A program made the translations under genes and the position numbers. The notes beneath the pieces were generated by a model. It was not told where the DNA came from, made no database searches, and saw only the letters and a list, made by a program, of their open reading frames with translations. A stretch of DNA of 64,000 bases. It comes from an uncultured cyanobacterium (lineage in GTDB: Bacteria; Cyanobacteriota; Cyanobacteriia; Cyanobacteriales; CAWCAG01). This document shows positions 18,547 to 28,064 of this stretch, in pieces. Location of the stretch: positions 464,839 through 528,838 of the forward strand of contig CAWDOD010000004.1 in NCBI GenBank assembly GCA_963803805.1, given 5' to 3'. How positions within the stretch are numbered: the stretch's first letter is position 1; every line of letters begins with the position of its first letter.

Positions 18547-20379
18547 CTATACTGCTGATAATTGGGTTTTTTCTAGCTCATCTGGGGTGCTAGCTACCGT
18601 TGAAGGGTCTTCTAATCCGACATCACTACACAACGGTTCAATGCCTAAGCCTTGTCTGGGGTAATCGGCACAAATTTGTTCATATGCGGCGATCGCCTCG
18701 TAAAGTTCATCGCGGCTGAGGGAGTTAAGGTAAGCACATTGACCAATTTTTCCCTTGGGTAAAGGTATTGCTAAATTCCCCCCTCGCTTTTGGAGGATTT
18801 TTTCTTGGGAAGACCAGAGGGTTTCTTTTTTGAGTAGAATATCGTGCCACAAGCTCAATCCAAAGGAACTAATGAGACGAAGAATCCTCTGAAAATCCTC
18901 TAAGGTGATCCAGTTTAGGCGATAGCTTAAATAAGCTCCAAAGCCCATACCAATAGAAACCGCATGACCATGCAACAACCCAGCTTCAATTTCAAAGCCT
19001 GGTGACCAAGTATGACCATAGGCATGGGGACGACACTGGTGGGTTTCATAAAGATTATCGTATTCAGCCGCCACATAGCTACGTAATGCAGCCCCAAGAA
19101 TTTTCTGGGAGAGAAGGTTGATTTCCTCATCGGGCTGACAATTCATAGTCCCAAAACGAGTAGTAATAAGCTGTGCTTTAGCTTGCTCTAAATAGCCAAA
19201 CAGTTCTGCATCTTTAACCACAGCCATTTTGATAATCTCGATAATACCGTGCCTTAACCATCCTTCCCGCAGGGTTTTGAAGAAAAAGCGGTCGGTAATC
19301 GAAAGAATTGGTGGATGGTAAGCCCCGAAAAGATTCTTATAGCCAAAGCCATCGCAGCAAGTTCGTGGAGAAGGGCCAGCATCAATGCCTGCCACAATTG
19401 ATGTAGACAACATGACATAAGGAGTGTTGCGGTGATACAAGGCGCAGGCAAGCCCTGCCGTATCCGCAAGGACACCACCACCGACAATTAATACAGGTTC
19501 ATTGCGGGACACTCCAAGGGACTTGAAGTCACCGAGCATTTTCTCAACAGTGTAGATACCTTTGTCTACTTCCATCGCCCGATAGACTAGCTTCTCTAAA
19601 TGAATATTGTGGTAATGGAAGTAATGTTCAATTTGTTCACCGTAGTATTGTTCTACATTCTTGTCTACCAAACAAACACAGCGTCTGAGGGAGATGTACA
19701 TATCTCTGAGAATATGCTGTTGCGGGTCTAGGGAGTTGTCAATGAGTTTGATTGAGGTAAAGGTACTTGACCTCATCACCGCTTCAATGGTTTGGTCATC
19801 AGGGGTATTTACGACATAACCACGACTTTCTCGATAGCTGGAGGTTGGATACACTGCATGGGGATTTACCTCAACGAGATCATCGGCCAATTTCTGATAA
19901 AATTCCCTATCCTTACTACGTAGGAGGTAATCTAATAACTTATTCGTACCTAAATTAGATAGGTGCATTCTGTTAGCAAATTCTAACCACTCTAAGCCAA
20001 CAGCTTCGTCAAAAGCACAGGTCAATTCAGCAAGCAAAGCAAAAAAGCTACTAAGAGAGAGATTAAGAGAACTTCGTAGCCTGCGACAAGCTGATAAAGC
20101 TTTTACTGCACCAGCTACAGCGAATTCTTCTCCAAGTTCCTCAGAAAATGCTGGACTATCAATAAGCGAAAGCAATAAGCTTCTGAAATACTCGCTGCTA
20201 CAAATAGCTTCAATGGCATTCTCCAAGTTTTGATCTGCCAGAGGCTCACTGTCATAGTTGGCAATAAAAGCCTTAACTGCCGAGGTAGTCTTTATCATAA
20301 TTCTGGGAGAAACAATATTTGCAATATCAGTCAGGGTTTTATAACTACCTGTTTGAATTAAGTTAACATAACTATTCAA
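18547..20379 (-). CDS. mysA: Sedoheptulose-7-phosphate cyclase, demethyl-4-deoxygadusol synthase (DDGS/MysA)-like, with N-terminal extension (alternative ATG at 20298)
   Basis: DHQS fold: VGGGVLAD, AGIDAG, KNLFGAYHPP, EIIKMA, EYDNLYETHQCRPHAYGHTWSP, LLHGHAV. Confidence 0.85.
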   Translation of the reverse strand: MNSYVNLIQTGSYKTLTDIANIVSPRIMIKTTSAVKAFIANYDSEPLADQNLENAIEAICSSEYFRSLLLSLIDSPAFSEELGEEFAVAGAVKALSACRRLRSSLNLSLSSFFALLAELTCAFDEAVGLEWLEFANRMHLSNLGTNKLLDYLLRSKDREFYQKLADDLVEVNPHAVYPTSSYRESRGYVVNTPDDQTIEAVMRSSTFTSIKLIDNSLDPQQHILRDMYISLRRCVCLVDKNVEQYYGEQIEHYFHYHNIHLEKLVYRAMEVDKGIYTVEKMLGDFKSLGVSRNEPVLIVGGGVLADTAGLACALYHRNTPYVMLSTSIVAGIDAGPSPRTCCDGFGYKNLFGAYHPPILSITDRFFFKTLREGWLRHGIIEIIKMAVVKDAELFGYLEQAKAQLITTRFGTMNCQPDEEINLLSQKILGAALRSYVAAEYDNLYETHQCRPHAYGHTWSPGFEIEAGLLHGHAVSIGMGFGAYLSYRLNWITLEDFQRILRLISSFGLSLWHDILLKKETLWSSQEKILQKRGGNLAIPLPKGKIGQCAYLNSLSRDELYEAIAAYEQICADYPRQGLGIEPLCSDVGLEDPSTVASTPDELEKTQLSAV

Positions 20380-20437
20380 AAGTTAACAAAATATGATTAT
20401 TTAGGCTTTAGCGGCTCGTTGTCTTGGAAATGGAGAG

Positions 20438-21064
20438 CTAGGGAGAAGATTTTTCGATTTCTCCCTCTATATTTTTCCTTGCCTGAGTTTCAAATTTATG
20501 ATAGCAATACTCAGTAAAATAGATTCTTTCTCTATCTAAGAAAACTTGTAAGATTTCCTGTCTCTTTTGCTTATATTCTTCTTGGGGAACCCAAGCATAT
20601 TCTTGGCGTATTTTGTGAGCATAACTTTGATAAATACTTGATGTTGCTCCCAAAATAGCTAAATCAGCATCGAGAAAAATATATTGATCTATATTGCCTA
20701 TTTGAGGTAAATGTTTTTTAGTAATTAATATTAGTTCAGTGACTGCTTTTATCAAAGATATTGGCAGGTTCAATTTTCTTAAATAAATTTCTGTTTCAAT
20801 AGCACTTTTTTCTTCATTATCTTGGGCTTTAGAGTCATAAACAAAATCATGAAACCAAGCTGCTAAAAGCAATGCTGTTGTATTTGAACTCAAAAAACTC
20901 ATCTGGTCTATGATTATCAAAACCTGCTCAATATGCTCTAAATTGTGGTAAAAACGACCAGGGGCAGAATAGGCCCTGGTCAAATCAAGAAAAACTTGGT
21001 TAGTAACTTCAGATTTCCTTGCTAATAGTGCTAGAGTCTTTTCCCAATAATATTTAAGATTCAT
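20438..21064 (-). CDS. Predicted metal-dependent HD-superfamily phosphohydrolase
   Basis: RFYHNLEHI, AAWFHDFVYD, DNEEKSA, FLDADLAILG, IRQEY. Confidence 0.85.
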   Translation of the reverse strand: MNLKYYWEKTLALLARKSEVTNQVFLDLTRAYSAPGRFYHNLEHIEQVLIIIDQMSFLSSNTTALLLAAWFHDFVYDSKAQDNEEKSAIETEIYLRKLNLPISLIKAVTELILITKKHLPQIGNIDQYIFLDADLAILGATSSIYQSYAHKIRQEYAWVPQEEYKQKRQEILQVFLDRERIYFTEYCYHKFETQARKNIEGEIEKSSP

Positions 21065-21279
21065 GAGGGAACAGGACAGGGTTCACACTTATGGTTGCCG
21101 TAAGGCTACAGTTGTATTCTCAACTTATGCTTATTACCTATTAGAGAACTCCAATAAATAAAATATCCTCACAAAGTAGAAGATTTTAGCAACTAGCTTA
21201 TCCCTTTTGGACAAGTCTTTTCTTGACTCTCTGTTACTTCCCCCTGTCTCCCTCTCGTTTCCTTGGTGAAACCCAAAAA

Positions 21280-23181
21280 TTATAAGTGAGCCTCCAATGC
21301 TTCAGCAACAATCTGACTCATAGGTTTGCCTTGGGCTACCGAAGAAGCTTTTAACTTGTCGTAAATATATTCTGGGACACCAATACGATGGCGTTTTTTA
21401 CTTGCTTTGGGAGGTTGATAACTACCCAGATCATAGGTTGCCGAAAACTCTCGCAAAGCGTCAAAACCAACTCGGTTGCAGAATTCACCAAAACTTTCTT
21501 CTAGTTTGCGAAATTGCTTAAAATAGACAAAAAGCGGCTCTAAAAAAGATTCTAGCTTTTCCACAGGTAACTTATCAACAAATGGTCTAGCTAACTTAGT
21601 TTGATTGGGTGTTCCTCCTAACCAAATTTGATAGGTTTCTGGGGCGCTACCTACAAAGCCTAATTCTGCCATATAAGGGCGGGCGCAACCATTGGGACAT
21701 CCTGTCATACGGATGACAAAATGCTCTTTTTCCATACCTAGTTTGTTAAGTAGGCTTCGGATGCGTTGGATAATACTTGGTATGGCTCGTTCTGATTCTG
21801 TGATAGCTAAACCGCAGGTGGGTAAAGCTGGGCAAGCCATGGCGTAGCGCACTAAGGGATCGATTTTGTCTGGGGAAACTACACCATGTTGTTGCAGGAT
21901 CTGTTGAATATTTTCCTGCCAAGCTGGTTCAATTTCGTACAAAATGATATTATGATTTGCTGTTAAACGTATGGGTAACTCATACTGCTCAATGATTTTT
22001 TTCAGGGCAGTTTTAAGTTGAAAGTCGCCTTCATTTTTTACCCGGCCATTTTCTACAGAAATACCTAAAAATAGTTTGCCATCTCCTTGTTCTTGCCAAC
22101 CAAGAAAATCTTCATACTTGAAGTCTGGCAAGGGTTTGAAAGGAGACAATTCTTTGCCAAAAAATCCTTCAACTGTGGTACGAAATCTTTCTATTCCCCA
22201 GTCGTGGAGGAGATACTTCATCCTGGCATGACGACGTTGTACGCGATCGCCATAATCTCTTTGGGTGGCAACGATGGCTTTGAGGAGATCAAAAACATCT
22301 TCTTTGGCTACATAACCAAGGGGATCGGCTAAGCGGGCAAAGGTTTCTTCTTTGTTATGGGTACGCCCTAAACCACCTCCCGCCAGGACATTAAAACCCT
22401 CTAATTCCCCTTGTTCGTTGGTAATTACCACTAAGCCAACATCGTGGGTATAAATATCAATGGAGTTATCCCCTGGTACGGTAACGCAGCACTTAAATTT
22501 CCGAGGCATATAGTGGTTGCCGTAAATGGGTTCCTCGGCATCGGGAAAATTCGTACCATTAATATCCTTTTGCATTGCTGCTTTAACTTCTGGGGCAACT
22601 TCAGAAGTTACGGCTTTTTCACCATCTAACCAAATTTCGTAATAGGCTTCAGTTTGGGGAGTGAGTAAATCAGCGATTTTATCAGCATATTCCCAAGCGT
22701 ATTGATACTCTACCTTATTTCTAAACGGTGCAGGGGGAGCCATAACATTGCGGCTAACATCTCCGCAAGCCCCCAGAGTCGAACCCATGTTTTGGACAAT
22801 TGAGGAGATCACCGTTTTGAGATTTTTCTTAAGAACCCCATGAATTTGAAATCCTTGGCGGGTAGTAACTCTCAAGGTTTGGTTGCCCAACTCTTCAGAA
22901 AGCTTTTCTAGGGTAAGATATAGCTGTGGTGGAATATATCCTCCGGGGTTACGGGTACGCAACATCATTTGGTAGTCTTTTTCTTGGCCCTTTGTCCTAT
23001 TATCCCGGTCATCTTGCTGATAAGAGCCATGGAATTTAAGGATTTGTACTGCATCTCCAGAAAAGTGAGTTGTGTCTTCACCAATTTCTGTGGCTAGGGG
23101 TTCACGCAGGTAGTTGCTACGCTCTTTTATACCTTCTAATTTAGAAAGTTTTTTGGCAGGAGAAATAGGTGTTTTGACCAT
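21280..23181 (-). CDS. sir: Ferredoxin-dependent sulfite reductase
   Basis: [22 protein letters not shown]; siroheme/4Fe-4S ligands CPALPTCG and GCPNGC. Confidence 0.97.
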   Translation of the reverse strand: MVKTPISPAKKLSKLEGIKERSNYLREPLATEIGEDTTHFSGDAVQILKFHGSYQQDDRDNRTKGQEKDYQMMLRTRNPGGYIPPQLYLTLEKLSEELGNQTLRVTTRQGFQIHGVLKKNLKTVISSIVQNMGSTLGACGDVSRNVMAPPAPFRNKVEYQYAWEYADKIADLLTPQTEAYYEIWLDGEKAVTSEVAPEVKAAMQKDINGTNFPDAEEPIYGNHYMPRKFKCCVTVPGDNSIDIYTHDVGLVVITNEQGELEGFNVLAGGGLGRTHNKEETFARLADPLGYVAKEDVFDLLKAIVATQRDYGDRVQRRHARMKYLLHDWGIERFRTTVEGFFGKELSPFKPLPDFKYEDFLGWQEQGDGKLFLGISVENGRVKNEGDFQLKTALKKIIEQYELPIRLTANHNIILYEIEPAWQENIQQILQQHGVVSPDKIDPLVRYAMACPALPTCGLAITESERAIPSIIQRIRSLLNKLGMEKEHFVIRMTGCPNGCARPYMAELGFVGSAPETYQIWLGGTPNQTKLARPFVDKLPVEKLESFLEPLFVYFKQFRKLEESFGEFCNRVGFDALREFSATYDLGSYQPPKASKKRHRIGVPEYIYDKLKASSVAQGKPMSQIVAEALEAHL

Positions 23182-23491
23182 GATGTTAAAAAAATGCGAT
23201 CGGCAGGTAAATGGTTATTTCTGGTAAATCAGTCAGAATTGCGGTGATTTACCATTATAATCTGAATGCTTGCCTCTAATCTCAGCAAGGCTTAAAAAGT
23301 CCATCATCCGGAGAAAATTGCTTCCGAATCAGGTCAGTATATTTAACACTCAACTGCTACTCAATATGTATCAATATCCCGAAAAATAAACCTTGACGTA
23401 GTACTCGTACAAATTCTAGAACTTACTCACAATATAGAAATAGTAAAATAACAACTATTGCTACTTACCTCAAATCTAGAGGACTTTCGCC

Positions 23492-24292
23492 ATGTTACAG
23501 TACGATTTGTCCCATCTTCCTACAGCAGAAGAATTACCTTCAGTTGACTTTGAACCTGTGGATAATGAAATACAAAGGGCTGTCCCCTTTCTACTACAAC
23601 AAATCCTCTTGTTTATCTGGCCAGAGCGAGAAGACTTTTTCTTTGGTATGGACATAGCCTATTACTATGACTCAGCCCAACCAGCCATCTCTCCAGATGG
23701 GTTTTTGAGTATTGGTGTTAGAAAAAGGAAAAGCAAAACCAATAATCCTAACCAAGATGGACGTATTAGTTATCTGTTGTGGCAAGAAAACTATGTCGTT
23801 CCCACCTTGGTAATAGAATGTGTCTCTCAGAAATACCGAGGTGAGTACGATACTAAAAAAGATCAATATGCCCAATTAGGAATACTTTACTATGTTATCT
23901 ACGATGGTGGTCGCTACTACAGTGAAAAAGGGGCAAAGAGTAAAGGAGATCCTTTTGAAGTCCATCGCTTGGAAAATGGTGTCTATGTAAGGCAAGCAGG
24001 GGAACCGGTTTGGTTGCCGGAAGTTGGATTAGGAATAGGTAGAGAGCGTAGGGAGTTTAATACTTGGACAAGGGAATGGTTGTATTGGTATAACGAGGAA
24101 GGGAAGCGTTATCCTTCTCCAGATGAAGCGTTTCAGATTGAAAGAGTTCGGGCTACCGAGGAAAGACTCAAAGCAGAGGAAGAAAGACTTAAAGCAGAGG
24201 AAGAAAGAATGAGGGCTGAACAACAAGAAGCTAGAGCAGAACTATTAGCAGCTAAATTACGGGAGTTAGGTATAGATCCAGAGCAACTTTAA
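23492..24292 (+). CDS. Uma2 family (PD-(D/E)xK) endonuclease-like protein
   Basis: SPDGF, VIECVS, EYDTKKDQYAQLGILYY; AEEERLK coiled-coil tail ending LRELGIDP. Confidence 0.9.
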   Translation: MLQYDLSHLPTAEELPSVDFEPVDNEIQRAVPFLLQQILLFIWPEREDFFFGMDIAYYYDSAQPAISPDGFLSIGVRKRKSKTNNPNQDGRISYLLWQENYVVPTLVIECVSQKYRGEYDTKKDQYAQLGILYYVIYDGGRYYSEKGAKSKGDPFEVHRLENGVYVRQAGEPVWLPEVGLGIGRERREFNTWTREWLYWYNEEGKRYPSPDEAFQIERVRATEERLKAEEERLKAEEERMRAEQQEARAELLAAKLRELGIDPEQL

Positions 24293-24355
24293 TTGAAGGA
24301 TGCTTTTGTTGAGGGATAAATAATAATTATTCCTTCAAGCCTACTTAAGGAAAAA

Positions 24356-24465
24356 TATAGCAATTCTTGATAGCATGAGGTACAGTCTAGACTTTGGTTT
24401 GTTGCTAATGGCTAATGGCTAATGGCTAATTGAAATGTACTTCACCAAGTGTGGGAATCGCTATA
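24356..24465. repeat. MITE-like element, family A, copy 2
   Basis: TATAGCAATTC...GAATCGCTATA ends, ATGAGGTAC..GTACTTCA and a (GCTAATG)n run. Confidence 0.7.
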
Positions 24466-24712
24466 ACCCTCTTATGTCAGACTCCGATTTCTCCTGTTAT
24501 TTGAACTTTCTGGACAAAGGCTATACTAAGGAGTACAGAGTTCGATGGGCGAATTTTAGCAATTTTGCTGCTGGCAAGAATTTTTAGTCAGAAAAAACAA
24601 GCGCGATTGCGCTCCGCGCACCAGCAGAGCTGATCGCATAATATACAAAAGCTCCAGGACTCAGAAATGACTTTTGTTTCCAGAGAGTGACTAAAGAGGG
24701 ATAAATGGCATT

Positions 24713-25123
24713 ATGCAACTACCAGAAGAACCAGAGCAACCTTTCTCTATTAACATCTTGCCTGCTATTGATGTTATTTTTGTGATTCTTACTTTTGTGA
24801 TTCTTTCTACTCTTTATTTAACTCGTTCCCAGGTACTACCAGTTAATTTACCAGAAGCGGGAACTGCTCAAACTCAGCAGACTAAAACGATTAATGTTAC
24901 TGTCACCAAAGAAAGAACTATCGCTATTAATCGTCAGCCAGTTAACCTAGAACAAGTTCAGACACAATTAAGTAAATTGGTGCAGCCAGGAGTTGAATCT
25001 TTGGTGTTAGTTAATGCTGATGAGAAAGCTTATCATGGTGATGTTGTAGCAGTGATGGATCGCATTAGTCAAGTTGAAGGGGTTAAGTTAGCGATCGCAG
25101 TGAATAAAGTTGATAGAAATTAA
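24713..25123 (+). CDS. exbD: Biopolymer transport protein ExbD/TolR
   Basis: INILPAIDVIFVIL TM with the conserved Asp; VNLP; NADEKAYHGDVVAVMD. Confidence 0.9.
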   Translation: MQLPEEPEQPFSINILPAIDVIFVILTFVILSTLYLTRSQVLPVNLPEAGTAQTQQTKTINVTVTKERTIAINRQPVNLEQVQTQLSKLVQPGVESLVLVNADEKAYHGDVVAVMDRISQVEGVKLAIAVNKVDRN

Positions 25124-25294
25124 GTAAATAATTTGTGATTAAGACGAAACGCAATCTCAAACTCTTCACAAACGTGGGTTATTTTTTTGATTTGCCTTAA
25201 TAATTTTTTCTTCCCTAGTTATTCCCGATTGCTTTTTACTGTAGTAATCAATTGAGTCATCACAAATCAATCGATTAACTAAGGAGACAAAACC

Positions 25295-25471
25295 ATGAAA
25301 CTTACCTATCGTGGTATCAACTACACCAGCAATTCTAGCCAAGTTGAAGTTGTACTAGGTAACAGTAATTGTAAATATCGGGGTGTTTCTTATCGTACTC
25401 CACTGGTAAAAAGAGTTCCTACCCAAGACAAAAAAGAAATGAAATATCGAGGTATTTCTTACTCAACTTAA
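25295..25471 (+). CDS. DUF4278-family small protein (58 aa)
   Basis: Not in the ORF track: MKLTYRGINY..KYRGVSY..MKYRGISYST (three YRG repeats); AAGGAG RBS. Confidence 0.85.
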   Translation: MKLTYRGINYTSNSSQVEVVLGNSNCKYRGVSYRTPLVKRVPTQDKKEMKYRGISYST

Positions 25472-25515
25472 GAGAAATAAAGTAATTACAAACTTAAAAT
25501 TGGGGTGAAATTATT

Positions 25516-25662
25516 ATGCAACTAACTGAACTTCCTGTAGTTAAGGTTTCCGGCAAGCAAACTAATAGCAAACCGCAACATAAAGAAGGGCGTTTGCTTG
25601 CACGGTGGATGAGAGATAAAAATTATCATCTCTATTGTCGTTGGGTAAAAATGGACTTCTAA
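25516..25662 (+). CDS. 48-aa small hypothetical protein
   Basis: MQLTELPVVKVSGKQTNSKPQHKEGRLLARWMRDKNYHLYCRWVKMDF; co-oriented after DUF4278; its stop overlaps the convergent gene's stop. Confidence 0.55.
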   Translation: MQLTELPVVKVSGKQTNSKPQHKEGRLLARWMRDKNYHLYCRWVKMDF

Positions 25663-27866
25663 CTAACCAATTCTTTTGCCCGCTTTACAAAAGCCTCGGC
25701 AGTTAAACCATTAAGTTCCATCACTTGGGTTGCACTAGAAGCAGTTTCTCCTCGCTTCCAAGCAAAGGTATCTCGCTTGCTGTTGCTGCGTAGCATAACA
25801 GGTTCCAACATGGCACTGCTACCCCCTGTGATACCTAGCAAAGCATCCCCAGCAAACAATTCCTCGAACTTAGCATCATCAAGAAAGTTATTATCTGCTT
25901 CACTGCAAGTCTCCGAAGCTGTATCAGTGGGACGATATAAGCGGCGGGGGCTAATCACAGAAACAATTTTTGTACCAATACCTGCGGCTTTAAGATGTTC
26001 CGCTGCTTCATAAACGGGAAGTAACGTCATATCGCCAATAACCGCAAAAACCACTTGCTTGCTGCCTTCGGTTTCCTGCAAAACTACTGCACCTTCTCGT
26101 AAGGCTTGGCGGGTTTGTTCAAAGTTGGTACGAATTGGTAAGGGTGACTTGCTTGCAGTGATAGTAACTCCTTTGTTTTTAGTCCCTAATGCCCATTCAT
26201 AACAAGCTTGAATACTATTGGCATCGCAGGGAAATAAGGGGAAAATATTACCATTACGCATCATCCCGGCAAAGTAGTTTTCAATCTCTGGCCTTTGGTG
26301 AGTCCAGCCGTTGCGCCCCTGTTCCAAGGCCCCGGCGGTGAAGAGGGTAACGGTAGAAGGAGTGGGACGGCGTAACTCTGCCATTGCTTGGGTGACGGTT
26401 TGCCATATGGGTAAACCGTTGATAGCAAATGATTCATAGGAACACCAGAGACTACGAGAACCGAACAAGGCTAATCCTGCTGCTAAGCCTGCACAAGCAT
26501 CTTCACTTAAGGGTTCATATACTTGACCTTGGGGCTGTTGATAGTAAGTTTCATCGGTGGTGGGATGGATAATTTTTAGGGCAATGTTGATGTTGTTAAT
26601 TCCCGATGCAGCATTACCATCTGCATTAGCAACGATAAAATTAGAGTCTTGTTTACCAACATGGGCAGCGATCGCACCCATAGCCGTAGTAGCAATTTGC
26701 TTTTCTCCACCAACGGGGAATTGTTGCAAGGGCAATTCTCCTAACTCCGGGAGGGGTAAAACCTTCTCTGTAACTGCAACTTGAGATGCCGATCCCCCTC
26801 CTGCTTGTTGCCAATTGTTGCGTACTAGTTGCCAAGCTTCTGGGGTTAAAGCCCTTTCTTTCAAAGCACTGACAATGTAATCTTTATCAGTGGTGTCTCC
26901 AGGATAGAGATTGTGAGATTGTGCGCCCCGTTTGTGAACTCCTGCCCCTTTAAGCTGTTTGATGATCAGCACAGTTAATGTGCCGTTGAGGGCAGATTGG
27001 GCTGCTTTGTCGGTGGCTTCTAACACTGCTTGGGTAAACTTGAGGCGATTTTCCCAAGAGAACATGGTGCTATCGACATAATCACCCTTTTGGTTCGCAT
27101 CATCGTATTCTTTGGCATCTACCAATAAGATATTCTTAAAACCATTCCCAGACCAATACTCAATCATTTCCTGATTGGTTTTAGTAGAAACCATGCTGTG
27201 GTGTTCTTGGGAATAACCATTCCAAACTAAGATGGGTAAGAAGTTGGTAACTTGGGGATAAGCAGTATTAAAATGCCCAAAACTACTCATCACATAGGGT
27301 TCCCCAATGCCTCCATCCCCAATGGTAACAGGGAAAAGTATATCAGGATGAAGTTTCGCACCGGCCATCGCAAAGTGCTGTCCCTGTCCCAAAGGCCCAG
27401 CAGGGCTAAGAAGTCCCGGAATTTGCCCGGAGAGATGACCTAAAAGTCCATGGGTTTCTCGGTAGCGATCGCGCATTTGTTGCACTGTTTCAATGCCCAT
27501 TGCTTCTAAGGAACGATCTAAAAACACATTGCTATAAAATCCTGGGGCATGATGTCCCACTTCTGTGAGAATATTTTTGTAGCCCAACATTACTAAAGCA
27601 GCAATACAGTCGGCAATACTAGCAAAACCTCCAGGGTGTCCGGAGGACTTAGAAGCAGTTGTTTGTAGGGTTAAGTAACGTAGTGCATCTGCCCCTAATA
27701 GGGTTTGGTAAACAGCGTTAGGATCACTAGGGGAAGAGATAGCCGTCTTTCCTGTGGGGATAGCGGGTTTTTGTCCATATTTACTAAACTCCGGTAGTTC
27801 TTTACTAAAATGTTGAATGCCTTGACAAAAGCTAGGAATCCCTGTGGCAACGGTCATATTGTCCAA
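25659..27866 (-). CDS. ThDP-dependent phosphoketolase/transketolase-like protein
   Basis: SGHPGG, GHH, AGPLGQG, ThDP motif GDGG...WNG, EPLSEDAC, NGWTHQRP. Confidence 0.85.
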   Translation of the reverse strand: MDNMTVATGIPSFCQGIQHFSKELPEFSKYGQKPAIPTGKTAISSPSDPNAVYQTLLGADALRYLTLQTTASKSSGHPGGFASIADCIAALVMLGYKNILTEVGHHAPGFYSNVFLDRSLEAMGIETVQQMRDRYRETHGLLGHLSGQIPGLLSPAGPLGQGQHFAMAGAKLHPDILFPVTIGDGGIGEPYVMSSFGHFNTAYPQVTNFLPILVWNGYSQEHHSMVSTKTNQEMIEYWSGNGFKNILLVDAKEYDDANQKGDYVDSTMFSWENRLKFTQAVLEATDKAAQSALNGTLTVLIIKQLKGAGVHKRGAQSHNLYPGDTTDKDYIVSALKERALTPEAWQLVRNNWQQAGGGSASQVAVTEKVLPLPELGELPLQQFPVGGEKQIATTAMGAIAAHVGKQDSNFIVANADGNAASGINNINIALKIIHPTTDETYYQQPQGQVYEPLSEDACAGLAAGLALFGSRSLWCSYESFAINGLPIWQTVTQAMAELRRPTPSTVTLFTAGALEQGRNGWTHQRPEIENYFAGMMRNGNIFPLFPCDANSIQACYEWALGTKNKGVTITASKSPLPIRTNFEQTRQALREGAVVLQETEGSKQVVFAVIGDMTLLPVYEAAEHLKAAGIGTKIVSVISPRRLYRPTDTASETCSEADNNFLDDAKFEELFAGDALLGITGGSSAMLEPVMLRSNSKRDTFAWKRGETASSATQVMELNGLTAEAFVKRAKELVS

Positions 27867-28064
27867 TCCTTGATTATAATTCGCAACTATTAAATAAATC
27901 TTATAACGCTTTGTGTTAGGTAATCAGTAATAGACTATAGGCTATAGGCTAGTTGCAAGTTGCTAAAATCTTAGACTTGGTGAGGATATTTTATTCATTG
28001 GAGTACTCTTAGACAAAAATCAACTCCAAACTGAGATTTATTTGAGTACCATTAATACTTCTTG

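Noticed and set aside
24158-24217. 21-bp repeats in the Uma2 gene
   Set aside because: Ordinary AEEERLK coiled-coil tail, common in cyanobacterial Uma2 proteins.
16261-27866. ackA and phosphoketolase as one operon
   Set aside because: Metabolically related but about 8 kb apart on opposite strands with unrelated genes between.
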